DNA from: Nemertoderma westbladi
Taxonomy: Eukaryota; Animalia; Xenacoelomorpha
Length of the DNA stretch: 64,000 nt
Direction: 5' to 3'
NCBI GenBank assembly: GCA_032718475.1
Contig: JAUCBJ010009153.1
Coordinates: forward strand, 62,484-126,483
This document shows positions 1-13,889 of the stretch, piece by piece (position 1 is the stretch's first letter; each line of letters begins with the position of its first letter). The notes beneath the pieces were generated by a model. The model had not been told where the DNA came from. It was given only the letters and a program-made list of their open reading frames with translations, and ran no database searches. Both the position numbers and the translations under genes were made by a program.

Positions 1-115
1 AGGGGTAATCCTATATGTTATGTTGGACAATACCTTTATACCGGTACATTGTTTGGTGTATTTGTTATTGTTTTTACATAATGTATAAATAAATCTATAA
101 AATAAATCTATCTAT
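1..115 (+). mobile_element. 3' end of CR1-group LINE (copy 0, truncated by the window edge)
   Basis: Matches 13775-13889 and 33436-33550. Ends AATAAATCTATCTAT and abuts satellite GGCACTC exactly as the other copies do. Confidence 0.9.
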
Positions 116-3100
116 GGCACTCTACCGGTACTACCTAGTAAAACAAACAAAGTTCGGCACTCTACCGGTACTACCTAGTAAAACAAACAAAGTGCGGCAC
201 TCTACCGGTACTACCTAGTAAAACAAACAAAGTGCGGCACTCTACCGGTACCACCTAGTGAAACAAACAAAGTTCGGCACTTTACCGGTACTACCTAGTA
301 AAACAAACAAAGTGCGGCACTCTACCAGTACTACCTAGTAAAACAAACAAAGTGCGGCACTCTACCGGTACTACCTAGTAAAACAAACAAAGTTCGGCAC
401 TCTACCGGTACTACCTAGTAAAACAAACAAAGTGCGGCACTCTACCAGTACTACCTAGTAAAACAAACAAAGTGCGGCACTCTACCGGTACTACCTAGTA
501 AAACAAACAAAGTTCGGCACTCTACCGGTACTACCTAGTAAAACAAACAAAGTGCGCCACTTTACCGGTACTACCTAGTAAAACAAACAAAGTGCGGCAC
601 TCTACCGGTACTACCTAGTAAAACAAACAAAGTGCGGCACTCTACCGGTACTACCTAGTAAAACTCAAAGTCCGGCACTCTACCAGTACTACCTAGTAAA
701 ACAAACAAAGTGCGGCACTCTAACGGTACTACCTAGTAAAACTCAAAGTTCGGCTCTCTACCGGTACTACCTAGTAAAACAAACAAAGTGCGGCACTCTA
801 CCAGTACTACCTGGTGAAACAAACAAAGTTCGGCACTCTACCAGTACTACCTAGTAATACAAACAAAGTGCGGCACTCTACCAGTACTACCTAGTAAAAC
901 TCAAAGTTCGGCACTCTACCGGTACTACCTAGTAAAACAAACAAAGTGCGGCACTCTACCAGTACTACCTAGTAAAACTCAAAGTTCGGCACTCTACCGG
1001 TACTACCTAGTAAAACAAACAAAGTGCGGCACTCTACCGGTACTACCTAGTAAAACAAACAAAGTGCGGCACTCTACCGGTACTACCTAGTAAAACAAAC
1101 AAAGTGCGGCACTCTACCGGTACTACCTAGTAAAACTCAAAGTCCGGCACTCTACCAGTACTACCTAGTAAAACAAACAAAGTGCGGCACTCTAACGGTA
1201 CTACCTATTAAAACTCAAAGTTCGGCACTCTACCGGTACTACCTAGTAAAACAAACAAAGTGCGGCACTCTACCAGTACTACCTGGTGAAACAAACAAAG
1301 TTCGGCACTCTACCAGTACTACCTAGTAATACAAACAAAGTGCGGCACTCTACCAGTACTACCTAGTAAAACTCAAAGTTTGGCAATCTACCAGTACTAC
1401 CTAGTAAAACAAACAAAGTTCGGCACTCTACCAGTACTACCTAGTGAAACTCAAAGTTCGTCCATCTACCAGAACTACCTAGTAAAACAAACAAAGTTCG
1501 GCACTCTACCAGTACTACCTAGTGAAACAAACAAAGTTCGGCACTCTACCGGTACTACCTAGTAAAACAAACAAAGTCCGGCACTCTACCAGTACTACCT
1601 AGTAAAACAAACAAAGTGCGGCACTCTACCAGTACTACCTAGTGAAACAAACAAAGTGCGGCACACTACCAGTACTACCTAGTAAAACAAACAAAGTGCG
1701 GCACTCTACCGGTACTACCTAGTGAAACAAACAAAGTGCGGCACTCTACCGGTACTACCTAGTGAAACAAACAAAGTTCGGCTCTCTACCAGTTCTACCT
1801 AGTGAAACAAACAAAGTTCGGCACTCTACCGGTACTACCTAGTAAAACAAACAAAGTGCGGCACTCTACCAGTACTACCTAGTGAAACAAACAAAGTTCG
1901 GCACTCTACCAGTACTACCTAGTGAAACAAACAAAGTTCGGCACTCTACCGGTACTACCTAGTAAAACAAACAAAGTGCAGCACTCTACCGGTACAACCT
2001 AGTGAAACAAACAAAGTGCGGCACTCTACCAGTACTACCTAGTAAAACAAACAAAGTGCGGCACTCTACCAGTACTACCTAGTGAAACAAACAAAGTGCG
2101 GCACTCTACCAGTACTACCTAGTAAAACAAACAAAGTGCGGCACTCTACCGGTACTACCTAGTGAAACAAACAAAGTGCGGCACTCTACCGGTACCACCT
2201 AGTGAAACAAACAAAGTTCGGCACTCTACCAGTACTACCTAGTAAAACAAACAAAGTTCGGCACTCTACCGGTACTACCTAGTAAAACTCAAAGTTCGGC
2301 AATCTACCAGTACTACCTAGTAAAACAAACAAAGTTCGGCACTCTACCAGTACTACCTTGTGAAACTCAAAGTTCGGCCATCTACCAGTACTACCTAGTA
2401 AAACAAACAAAGTTCGGCACTCTACCAGTACTACCTAGTGAAACAAACAAAGTTCGGCACTCTACCGGTACTACCTAGTAAAACAAACAAAGTTCGGCAC
2501 TCTACCAGTACTACCTAGTAAAACAAACAAAGTGCGGCACTCTACCGGTACTACCTAGTAAAACAAACAAATTGCGGCACTCTACACTACCTAGTAAAAC
2601 AACCAAAGTGCGGCACTCTACCAGTACTACCTAGTGAAACAAACAAAGTGCGGCACTCTACCAGTACTACCTAGTAAAACAAACAAAGTCCGGCACTCTA
2701 CCAGTACTACCTAGTAAAACAAACAAAGTGCGGCACTCAACCAGTACTACCAGTAAAACAAACAAAGTGCGGCACTCTACCAGTACTACCTAGTAAAACA
2801 AACAAAGTGCGGCACTCTACCGGTACTACCTAGTAAAACAAACAAAGTGCGGCACTCTACCGGTACTACCTAGTGAAACAAACAAAGTTCGGCACTCTAC
2901 CAGTACTACCTAGTGAAACAAACAAAGTTCGGCACTCTACCGGTACTACCTAGTAAAACAAACAAAGTGCGGCACTCAACCAGTACTACCTAGTGAAACA
3001 AACAAAGTTCGGCACTCTACCAGTACTACCTAGTGAAACAAACAAAGTTCGGCACTCTACCGGTACTACCTAGTAAAACAAACGAAGTGCAGCACTCTAC

Positions 3101-6100
3101 CAGTACTACCTAGTGAAACAAACAAAGTGCGGCACTCTACCAGTACTACCTAGTAAAACAAACAAAGTGCGGCACTCTACCAGTACTACCTAGTGAAACA
3201 AACAAAGTGCGGCACTCTACCAGTACTACCTAGTAAAACAAACAAAGTGCGGCACTCTACCGGTACTACCTAGTGAAACAAACAAAGTGCGGCACTCTAC
3301 CGGTACCACCTAGTGAAACAAACAAAGTTCGGCACTCTACCAGTACTACCTAGTAAAACAAACAAAGTTCGGCACTCTACCGGTACTACCTAGTAAAACA
3401 AACAAAGTGCGGCACTCTACCAGTACTACCTAGTAAAACAAACAAAGTGCGGCACTCTACCGGTACTACCTAGTAAAACAAACAAAGTTCGGCACTCTAC
3501 CGGTACTACCTAGTAAAACAAACAAAGTGCGGCACTCTACCGGTACTACCTAGTAAAACAAACAAAGTGCGGCACTCTACCGGTACTACCTAGTAAAACA
3601 AACAAAGTGCGGCACTCTACCGGTACTACCTAGTAAAACTCAAAGTCCGGCACTCTACCGGTACTACCTAGTAAAACAAACAAAGTGCGGCACTCTACCA
3701 GTACTACCTGGTGAAACAAACAAAGTTCGGCACTCTACCAGTACTACCTAGTAATACAAACAAAGTGCGGCACTCTACCAGTACTACCTAGTAAAACTCA
3801 AAGTTTGGCAATCTACCAGTACTACCTAGTAAAACAAACAAAGTGCGGCACTCTACCGGTACCACCTAGTGAAACAAACAAAGTTCGGCACTCTACCAGT
3901 ACTACCTAGTAAAACAAACAAAGTTCGGCACTCTACCGGTACTACCTAGTAAAACAAACAAAGTGCGGCACTCTACCAGTACTACCTGGTGAAACAAACA
4001 AAGTTCGGCACTCTACCAGTACTACCTAGTAAAACAAACACAGTGCGGCACTCTAACGGTACTACCTAGTAAAACTCAAAGTTCGGCACTCTACCGGTAC
4101 TACCTAGTAAAACAAACAAAGTGCGGCACTCTACCGGTACCACCTAGAGAAACAAACAAAGTTCGGCACTCTACCAGTACTACCTAGTAAAACAAACAAA
4201 GTTCGGCACTCTACCGGTACTACCTAGTAAAACAAACAAAGTGCGGCACTCTACCAGTACTACCTAGTAAAACAAACAAAGTGCGGCACTCTACCGGTAC
4301 TACCTAGTAAAACAAACAAAGTTCGGCACTCTACCGGTACTACCTAGTAAAACAAACAAAGTGCGGCACTCTACCGGTACTACCTAGTAAAACAAACAAA
4401 GTGCGGCACTCTACCGGTACTACCTAGTAAAACAAACAAAGTGCGGCACTCTACCGGTACTACCTAGTAAAACTCAAAGTCCGGCACTCTACCAGTACTA
4501 CCTAGTAAAACAAACAAAGTGCGGCACTCTAACGGTACTACCTAGTAAAACTCAAAGTTCGGCTCTCTACCGGTACTACCTAGTAAAACAAACAAAGTGC
4601 GGCACTCTACCAGTACTACCTGGTGAAACAAACAAAGTTCGGCACTCTACCAGTACTACCTAGTAATACAAACAAAGTGCGGCACTCTACCAGTACTACC
4701 TAGTAAAACTCAAAGTTCGGCACTCTACCGGTACTACCTAGTAAAACAAACAAAGTGCGGCACTCTACCAGTACTACCTAGTAAAACTCAAAGTTCGGCA
4801 CTCTACCGGTACTACCTAGTAAAACAAACAAAGTGCGGCACTCTACCGGTACTACCTAGTAAAACAAACAAAGTGCGGCACTCTACCGGTACTACCTAGT
4901 AAAACAAACAAAGTGCGGCACTCTACCGGTACTACCTAGTAAAACAAACAAAGTGCAGCACTCTACCGGTACAACCTAGTGAAACAAACAAAGTGCGGCA
5001 CTCTACCAGTACTACCTAGTAAAACAAACAAAGTGCGGCACTCTACCAGTACTACCTAGTGAAACAAACAAAGTGCGGCACTCTACCAGTACTACCTAGT
5101 AAAACAAACAAAGTGCGGCACTCTACCGGTACTACCTAGTGAAACAAACAAAGTGCGGCACTCTACCGGTACCACCTAGTGAAACAAACAAAGTTCGGCA
5201 CTCTACCAGTACTACCTAGTAAAACAAACAAAGTTCGGCACTCTACCGGTACTACCTAGTAAAACTCAAAGTTCGGCAATCTACCAGTACTACCTAGTAA
5301 AACAAACAAAGTTCGGCACTCTACCAGTACTACCTTGTGAAACTCAAAGTTCGGCCATCTACCATAACTACCTAGTAAAACAAACAAAGTTCGGCACTCT
5401 ACCAGTACTACCTAGGGAAACAAACAAAGTTCGGCACTCTACCGGTACTACCTAGTAAAACAAACAAAGTTCGGCACTCTACCAGTACTACCTAGTAAAA
5501 CAAACAAAGTGCGGCACTCTACCGGTACTACCTAGTAAAACAAACAAAGTGCGGCACTCTACACTACCTAGTAAAACAACCAAAGTGCGGCACTCTACCA
5601 GTACTACCTAGTGAAACAAACAAAGTGCGGCACTCTACCAGTACTACCTAGTAAAACAAACAAAGTCCGGCACTCTACCAGTACTACCTAGTAAAACAAA
5701 CAAAGTGCGGCACTCTACCAGTACTACCAGTAAAACAAACAAAGTGCGGCACTCTACCAGTACTACCTAGTAAAACAAACAAAGTGCGGCACTCTACCGG
5801 TACTACCTAGTAAAACAAACAAAGTGCGGCACTCTACCGGTACTACCTAGTGAAACAAACAAAGTTCGGCACTCTACCAGTACTACCTAGTGAAACAAAC
5901 AAAGTTCGGCACTCTACCGGTACTACCTAGTAAAACAAACAAAGTGCGGCACTCTACCAGTACTACCTAGTGAAACAAACAAAGTTCGGCACTCTACCAG
6001 TACTACCTAGTGAAACAAACAAAGTTCGGCACTCTACCGGTACTACCTAGTAAAACAAACGAAGTGCAGCACTCTACCAGTACTACCTAGTGAAACAAAC

Positions 6101-9100
6101 AAAGTGCGGCACTCTACCAGTACTACCTAGTAAAACAAACAAAGTGCGGCACTCTACCAGTACTACCTAGTGAAACAAACAAAGTGCGGCACTCTACCAG
6201 TACTACCTAGTAAAACAAACAAAGTGCGGCACTCTACCGGTACTACCTAGTGAAACAAACAAAGTGCGGCACTCTACCGGTACCACCTAGTGAAACAAAC
6301 AAAGTTCGGCACTCTACCAGTACTACCTAGTAAAACAAACAAAGTTCGGCACTCTACCGGTACTACCTAGTAAAACAAACAAAGTGCGGCACTCTACCAG
6401 TACTACCTAGTAAAACAAACAAAGTGCGGCACTCTACCGGTACTACCTAGTAAAACAAACAAAGTTCGGCACTCTACCGGTACTACCTAGTAAAACAAAC
6501 AAAGTGCGGCACTCTACCGGTACTACCTAGTAAAACAAACAAAGTGCGGCACTCTACCGGTACTACCTAGTAAAACAAACAAAGTGCGGCACTCTACCGG
6601 TACTACCTAGTAAAACTCAAAGTCCGGCACTCTACCGGTACTACCTAGTAAAACAAACAAAGTGCGGCACTCTACCAGTACTACCTGGTGAAACAAACAA
6701 AGTTCGGCACTCTACCAGTACTACCTAGTAATACAAACAAAGTGCGGCACTCTACCAGTACTACCTAGTAAAACTCAAAGTTTGGCAATCTACCAGTACT
6801 ACCTAGTAAAACAAACAAAGTGCGGCACTCTACCGGTACCACCTAGTGAAACAAACAAAGTTCGGCACTCTACCAGTACTACCTAGTAAAACAAACAAAG
6901 TTCGGCACTCTACCGGTACTACCTAGTAAAACAAACAAAGTGCGGCACTCTACCAGTACTACCTGGTGAAACAAACAAAGTTCGGCACTCTACCAGTACT
7001 ACCTAGTAAAACAAACACAGTGCGGCACTCTAACGGTACTACCTAGTAAAACTCAAAGTTCGGCACTCTACCGGTACTACCTAGTAAAACAAACAAAGTG
7101 CGGCACTCTACCGGTACCACCTAGTGAAACAAACAAAGTTCGGCACTCTACCAGTACTACCTAGTAAAACAAACAAAGTTCGGCACTCTACCGGTACTAC
7201 CTAGTAAAACAAACAAAGTGCGGCACTCTACCAGTACTACCTAGTAAAACAAACAAAGTGCGGCACTCTACCGGTACTACCTAGTAAAACAAACAAAGTT
7301 CGGCACTCTACCGGTACTACCTAGTAAAACAAACAAAGTGCGGCACTCTACCGGTACTACCTAGTAAAACAAACAAAGTGCGGCACTCTACCGGTACTAC
7401 CTAGTAAAACAAACAAAGTGCGGCACTCTACCGGTACTACCTAGTAAAACTCAAAGTCCGGCACTCTACCAGTACTACCTAGTAAAACAAACAAAGTGCG
7501 GCACTCTAACGGTACTACCTAGTAAAACTCAAAGTTCGGCTCTCTACCGGTACTACCTAGTAAAACAAACAAAGTGCGGCACTCTACCAGTACTACCTGG
7601 TGAAACAAACAAAGTTCGGCACTCTACCAGTACTACCTAGTAATACAAACAAAGTGCGGCACTCTACCAGTACTACCTAGTAAAACTCAAAGTTCGGCAC
7701 TCTACCGGTACTACCTAGTAAAACAAACAAAGTGCGGCACTCTACCAGTACTACCTAGTAAAACTCAAAGTTCGGCACTCTACCGGTACTACCTAGTAAA
7801 ACAAACAAAGTGCGGCACTCTACCGGTACTACCTAGTAAAACAAACAAAGTGCGGCACTCTACCGGTACTACCTAGTAAAACAAACAAAGTGCGGCACTC
7901 TACCGGTACTACCTAGTAAAACTCAAAGTCCGGCACTCTACCAGTACTACCTAGTAAAACAAACAAAGTGCGGCACTCTAACGGTACTACCTAGTAAAAC
8001 TCAAAGTTCGGCACTCTACCGGTACTACCTAGTAAAACAAACAAAGTGCGGCACTCTACCAGTACTACCTGGTGAAACAAACAAAGTTCGGCACTCTACC
8101 AGTACTACCTAGTAATACAAACAAAGTGCGGCACTCTACCAGTACTACCTAGTAAAACTCAAAGTTTGGCAATCTACCAGTACTACCTAGTAAAACAAAC
8201 AAAGTTCGGCACTCTACGAGTACTAATAGTGAAACTCAAAGTTCGTCCATCTACCAGTACTACCTAGTAAAACAAACAAAGTTCGGCACTCTACCAGTAC
8301 TATCTAGTGAAACAAACAAAGTTCGGCACTCTACCGGTACTACCTAGTAAAACAAACAAAGTCCGGCACTCTACCAGTACTACCTAGTAAAACAAACAAA
8401 GTGCGGCACTCTACCAGTACTACCTAGTGAAACAAACAAAGTGCGGCACTCTACCAGTACTACCTAGTAAAACAAACAAAGTTCGGCACTCTACCGGTAC
8501 TACCTAGTAAAACAAACAAAGTGCGGCACTCTACCAGTACTACCTAGTAAAACAAACAAAGTGCGGCACTCTACCGGTACTACCTAGTAAAACAAACAAA
8601 GTTCGGCACTCTACCGGTACTACCTAGTAAAACAAACAAAGTGCGGCACTCTACCGGTACTACCTAGTAAAACAAACAAAGTGCGGCACTCTACGGGTAC
8701 TACCTAGTAAAACAAACAAAGTGCGGCACTCTACCGGTACTACCTAGTAAAACTCAAAGTCCGGCACTCTACCAGTACTACCTAGTAAAACAAACAAAGT
8801 GCGGCACTCTAACGGTACTACCTAGTAAAACTCAAAGTTCGGCTCTCTACCGGTACTACCTAGTAAAACAAACAAAGTGCGGCACTCTACCAGTACTACC
8901 TGGTGAAACAAACAAAGTTCGGCACTCTACCAGTACTACCTAGTAATACAAACAAAGTGCGGCACTCTACCAGTACTACCTAGTAAAACTCAAAGTTCGG
9001 CACTCTACCGGTACTACCTAGTAAAACAAACAAAGTGCGGCACTCTACCAGTACTACCTAGTAAAACTCAAAGTTCGGCACTCTACCGGTACTACCTAGT

Positions 9101-12100
9101 AAAACAAACAAAGTGCGGCACTCTACCGGTACTACCTAGTAAAACAAACAAAGTGCGGCACTCTACCGGTACTACCTAGTAAAACAAACAAAGTGCGGCA
9201 CTCTACCGGTACTACCTAGTAAAACTCAAAGTCCGGCACTCTACCAGTACTACCTAGTAAAACAAACAAAGTGCGGCACTCTAACGGTACTACCTAGTAA
9301 AACTCAAAGTTCGGCACTCTACCGGTACTACCTAGTAAAACAAACAAAGTGCGGCACTCTACCAGTACTACCTGGTGAAACAAACAAAGTTCGGCACTCT
9401 ACCAGTACTACCTAGTAATACAAACAAAGTGCGGCACTCTACCAGTACTACCTAGTAAAACTCAAAGTTTGGCAATCTACCAGTACTACCTAGTAAAACA
9501 AACAAAGTTCGGNNNNNNNNNNNNNNNNNNNNNNNNNNNNNNNNNNNNNNNNNNNNNNNNNNNNNNNNNNNNNNNNNNNNNNNNNNNNNNNNNNNNNNNN
9601 NNNNNNNNNNNNGGTGAAACAAACAAAGTTCGGCACTCTACCAGTACTACCTAGTAATACAAACAAAGTGCGGCACTCTACCAGTACTACCTAGTAAAAC
9701 TCAAAGTTTGGCAATCTACCAGTACTACCTAGTAAAACAAACAAAGTTCGGCACTCTACGAGTACTAATAGTGAAACTCAAAGTTCGTCCATCTACCAGT
9801 ACTACCTAGTAAAACAAACAAAGTTCGGCACTCTACCAGTACTATCTAGTGAAACAAACAAAGTTCGGCACTCTACCGGTACTACCTAGTAAAACAAACA
9901 AAGTCCGGCACTCTACCAGTACTACCTAGTAAAACAAACAAAGTGCGGCACTCTACCAGTACTACCTAGTGAAACAAACAAAGTGCGGCACTCTACCAGT
10001 ACTACCTAGTAAAACAAACAAAGTTCGGCACTCTACCGGTACTACCTAGTAAAACAAACAAAGTGCGGCACTCTACCAGTACTACCTAGTAAAACAAACA
10101 AAGTGCGGCACTCTACCGGTACTACCTAGTAAAACAAACAAAGTTCGGCACTCTACCGGTACTACCTAGTAAAACAAACAAAGTGCGGCACTCTACCGGT
10201 ACTACCTAGTAAAACAAACAAAGTGCGGCACTCTACGGGTACTACCTAGTAAAACAAACAAAGTGCGGCACTCTACCGGTACTACCTAGTAAAACTCAAA
10301 GTCCGGCACTCTACCAGTACTACCTAGTAAAACAAACAAAGTGCGGCACTCTAACGGTACTACCTAGTAAAACTCAAAGTTCGGCTCTCTACCGGTACTA
10401 CCTAGTAAAACAAACAAAGTGCGGCACTCTACCAGTACTACCTGGTGAAACAAACAAAGTTCGGCACTCTACCAGTACTACCTAGTAATACAAACAAAGT
10501 GCGGCACTCTACCAGTACTACCTAGTAAAACTCAAAGTTCGGCACTCTACCGGTACTACCTAGTAAAACAAACAAAGTGCGGCACTCTACCAGTACTACC
10601 TAGTAAAACTCAAAGTTCGGCACTCTACCGGTACTACCTAGTAAAACAAACAAAGTGCGGCACTCTACCGGTACTACCTAGTAAAACAAACAAAGTGCGG
10701 CACTCTACCGGTACTACCTAGTAAAACAAACAAAGTGCGGCACTCTACCGGTACTACCTAGTAAAACTCAAAGTCCGGCACTCTACCAGTACTACCTAGT
10801 AAAACAAACAAAGTGCGGCACTCTAACGGTACTACCTAGTAAAACTCAAAGTTCGGCACTCTACCGGTACTACCTAGTAAAACAAACAAAGTGCGGCACT
10901 CTACCAGTACTACCTGGTGAAACAAACAAAGTTCGGCACTCTACCAGTACTACCTAGTAATACAAACAAAGTGCGGCACTCTACCAGTACTACCTAGTAA
11001 AACTCAAAGTTTGGCAATCTACCAGTACTACCTAGTAAAACAAACAAAGTTCGGCACTCTACGAGTACTAATAGTGAAACTCAAAGTTCGTCCATCTACC
11101 AGTACTACCTAGTAAAACAAACAAAGTTCGGCACTCTACCAGTACTACCTAGTGAAACAAACAAAGTTCGGCACTCTACCGGTACTACCTAGTAAAACAA
11201 ACAAAGTCCGGCACTCTACCAGTACTACCTAGTAAAACAAACAAAGTGCGGCACTCTACCAGTACTACCTAGTGAAACAAACAAAGTGCGGCACTCTACC
11301 AGTACTACCTAGTAAAACAAACAAAGTGCGGCACTCTACCGGTACTACCTAGTGAAACAAACAAAGTGCGGCACTCTACCGGTACTACCTAGTGAAACAA
11401 ACAAAGTTCGGCTCTCTACCAGTTCTACCTAGTGAAACAAACAAAGTTCGGCACTCTACCGGTACTACCTAGTAAAACAAACAAAGTGCGGCACTCTACC
11501 AGTACTACCTAGTGAAACAAACAAAGTTCGGCACTCTACCAGTACTACCTAGTGAAACAAACAAAGTTCGGCACTCTACCGGTACTACCTAGTAAAACAA
11601 ACAAAGTGCAGCACTCTACCGGTACAACCTAGTGAAACAAACAAACTGCGGCACTCTACCAGTACTACCTAGTAAAACAAACAAAGTGCGGCACTCTACC
11701 AGTACTACCTAGTGAAACAAACAAAGTGCGGCACTCTACCAGTACTACCTAGTAAAACAAACAAAGTGCGGCACTCTACCGGTACTACCTAGTGAAACAA
11801 ACAAAGTGCGGCACTCTACCGGTACCACCTAGTGAAACAAACAAAGTTCGGCACTCTACCAGTACTACCTAGTAAAACAAACAAAGTTCGGCACTCTACC
11901 GGTACTACCTAGTAAAACAAACAAAGTGTGGCACTCTACCAGTACTACCTAGTAAAACAAACAAAGTGCGGCACTCTACCAGTACTACCTAGTAAAACTC
12001 AAAGTTCGGCACTCTACCGGTACTACCTAGTAAAACAAACAAAGTGCGGCACTCTACCGGTACTACCTAGTAAAACAAACAAAGTGCGGCACTCTACCGG

Positions 12101-12478
12101 TACTACCTAGTAAAACAAACAAAGTGCGGCACTCTACCGGTACTACCTAGTAAAACTCAAAGTCCGGCACTCTACCAGTACTACCTAGTAAAACAAACAA
12201 AGTGCGGCACTCTAACGGTACTACCTAGTAAAACTCAAAGTTCGGCACTCTCCCGGTACTACCTAGTAAAACAAACAAAGTGCGGCACTCTACCAGTACT
12301 ACCTAGTAAAACTCAAAGTTTGGCAATCTACCAGTACTACCTAGTAAAACAAACAAAGTTCGGCACTCTACCAGTACTACCTAGTGAAACTCAAAGTTCG
12401 TCCATCTACCAGTACTACCTAGTAAAACAAACAAAGTTCGGCACTCTACCAGTACTACCTAGTGAAACAAACAAAGTT
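116..12478. repeat. Tandem satellite array, 40-bp monomer with 38-bp variant
   Basis: Continuous head-to-tail GGCACTCTACC(A/G)GTACTACCTAGT(A/G)AAACAAACAAAGT(G/T/C)C. The 38-bp units carry AAACTCAAAGT. Confidence 0.98.
9513..9612. other. Assembly gap (100 N)
   Basis: Exactly 100 N, a typical scaffolding spacer. Confidence 0.97.
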
Positions 12479-12486
12479 TAGGCCTG

Positions 12487-13554
12487 ATGGGTGTAGGTTC
12501 TATAGACTGGTTCAAGTCCTACCTGTCAGACAGAGGTCAAACTGTAGTCATTAGCAAATCGCTGTCTACTGTACAAGAGATTACCTGTGGTGTACCGCAA
12601 GGTAGTATATTAGGTCCTCTGCTTTTTGTATGCTATGTAAATGATATGATAAGTAGTATAGATCCCGATTTTAAACTCATTTTATATGCCGACGACAGTG
12701 CTCTTATTTTCTCTCATAAAGATCCTATCCATATTTCCCAAAAGTTAAGTGCAGTTCTAGAATCCTGTAATGAGTGGTTGGTTGATAATAAGCTATCCAT
12801 TCACTACGGTAAAACTGAAAGTATTTTGTTTGGTTCCAAAAGAAAGTTAAAGAAGGTAACTAAGTTTGAAGTCACTAGTAATGGACATAAGATTGAAAAT
12901 AAATAGGAAGTTAAATATTTAGGCGCCACATTAGATAACTGCTTATCAGGAGAAAGTACAGTGAAAAATATTTTCTCGAAAGTTAACAGTAGGCTTAGGT
13001 TTCTATACAGAAATAAAAATAGTTTGAACACCGACTCCCGCAAGTTACTTTGCTCTTCTTTAATACAGTGTCACATGGACTATGCGTGCTCTTCTTGGTA
13101 TGAAGGCTTAACCTAACAGCTTAAATGTAAATTACAAGTAGCTCAGAATAAAGTAGTACGATTTATTAAAGACTACAAACCTAGACACCACCTAACTCCA
13201 GATGACTTTTCTGAATCTGGACTACTTAACTTAGATAGTAGAGTTAAGCAGCTACGCCTTAACCATGTGCATAAAGTGTATAATGGTAAATGTCCCAATT
13301 ACCTAAAACAAAAATTCAACAGAGTACGCGATACACACTCTTACAGTACCAGAGCTAGTGCTTCAAACTTCTACCTCCCGAATTGTAAATCCTTCGAATC
13401 TGATACTTTCTTTTTTAACGGCATAAAAAATTGGAACGCTCTGCCTAATGAAATTAAAAACCTAAATAATCAACATTCTTTTAAATCTGCAGTTAAATCT
13501 CATCTCCGTGTGCAATGTAAAAATAGGTACAATAGTCCTACAGTAAGTTATTAG
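12487..13554 (+). pseudogene. LINE ORF2 C-terminal half (reverse transcriptase), disrupted
   Basis: One reading frame with in-frame stops TAG 12904-12906 and TAA 13114-13116. Endonuclease and N-terminal RT are absent. Confidence 0.9.
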
Positions 13555-13742
13555 TTTATTAATTATTTACTATTTATACTGTAATTACGTTTTTAATAAA
13601 TTGTTCTGTACATTACATCTTTATCGTTGAGTCGGGCATTGTCACGCTCTCGGTAAAGTTGTACATGTACATAGTGTAATTACGTTTTATATTCGTTTAG
13701 GTTAGCGTAGTGTAATATTGTATTTGTAACCAAGTAACATAA

Positions 13743-13786
13743 AGGACCCCCTTGGAAATAAGCTGCAAAGCTTTAGGGGTAATCCT
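13743..13786 (+). other. LINE 3'-terminal stem-loop (probable RT recognition element)
   Basis: AGGACCCC...AAGC-TGCAAA-GCTT...GGGGTAATCCT can fold back. Such 3' stem-loops are typical of CR1/L2-group elements. Repeated at about 33404-33447. Confidence 0.6.
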
Positions 13787-13889
13787 ATATGTTATGTTGG
13801 ACAATACCTTTATACCGGTACATTGTTTGGTGTATTTGTTATTGTTTTTACATAATGTATAAATAAATCTATAAAATAAATCTATCTAT

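Larger units (their letters stand above)
12479..13889 (+). mobile_element. 5'-truncated non-LTR retrotransposon, CR1 group (L2/Crack-like)
   Basis: RT motifs GVPQGSILGPLLF and YADD, C-terminal LIQCHMDYACSSW and LQVAQNKVVR, a 3'UTR stem-loop and an AATAAA/(TCTA)n tail. Inserted between satellite AAAGTT and GGCAC with no TSD. Confidence 0.9.

Noticed and set aside
12479-13889. Bacterial retron, group II intron or DGR reverse transcriptase next to a repeat array
   Set aside because: The motifs, C-terminal domain, 3'UTR and tail are those of a CR1-group LINE, and the copies are truncated with stops.
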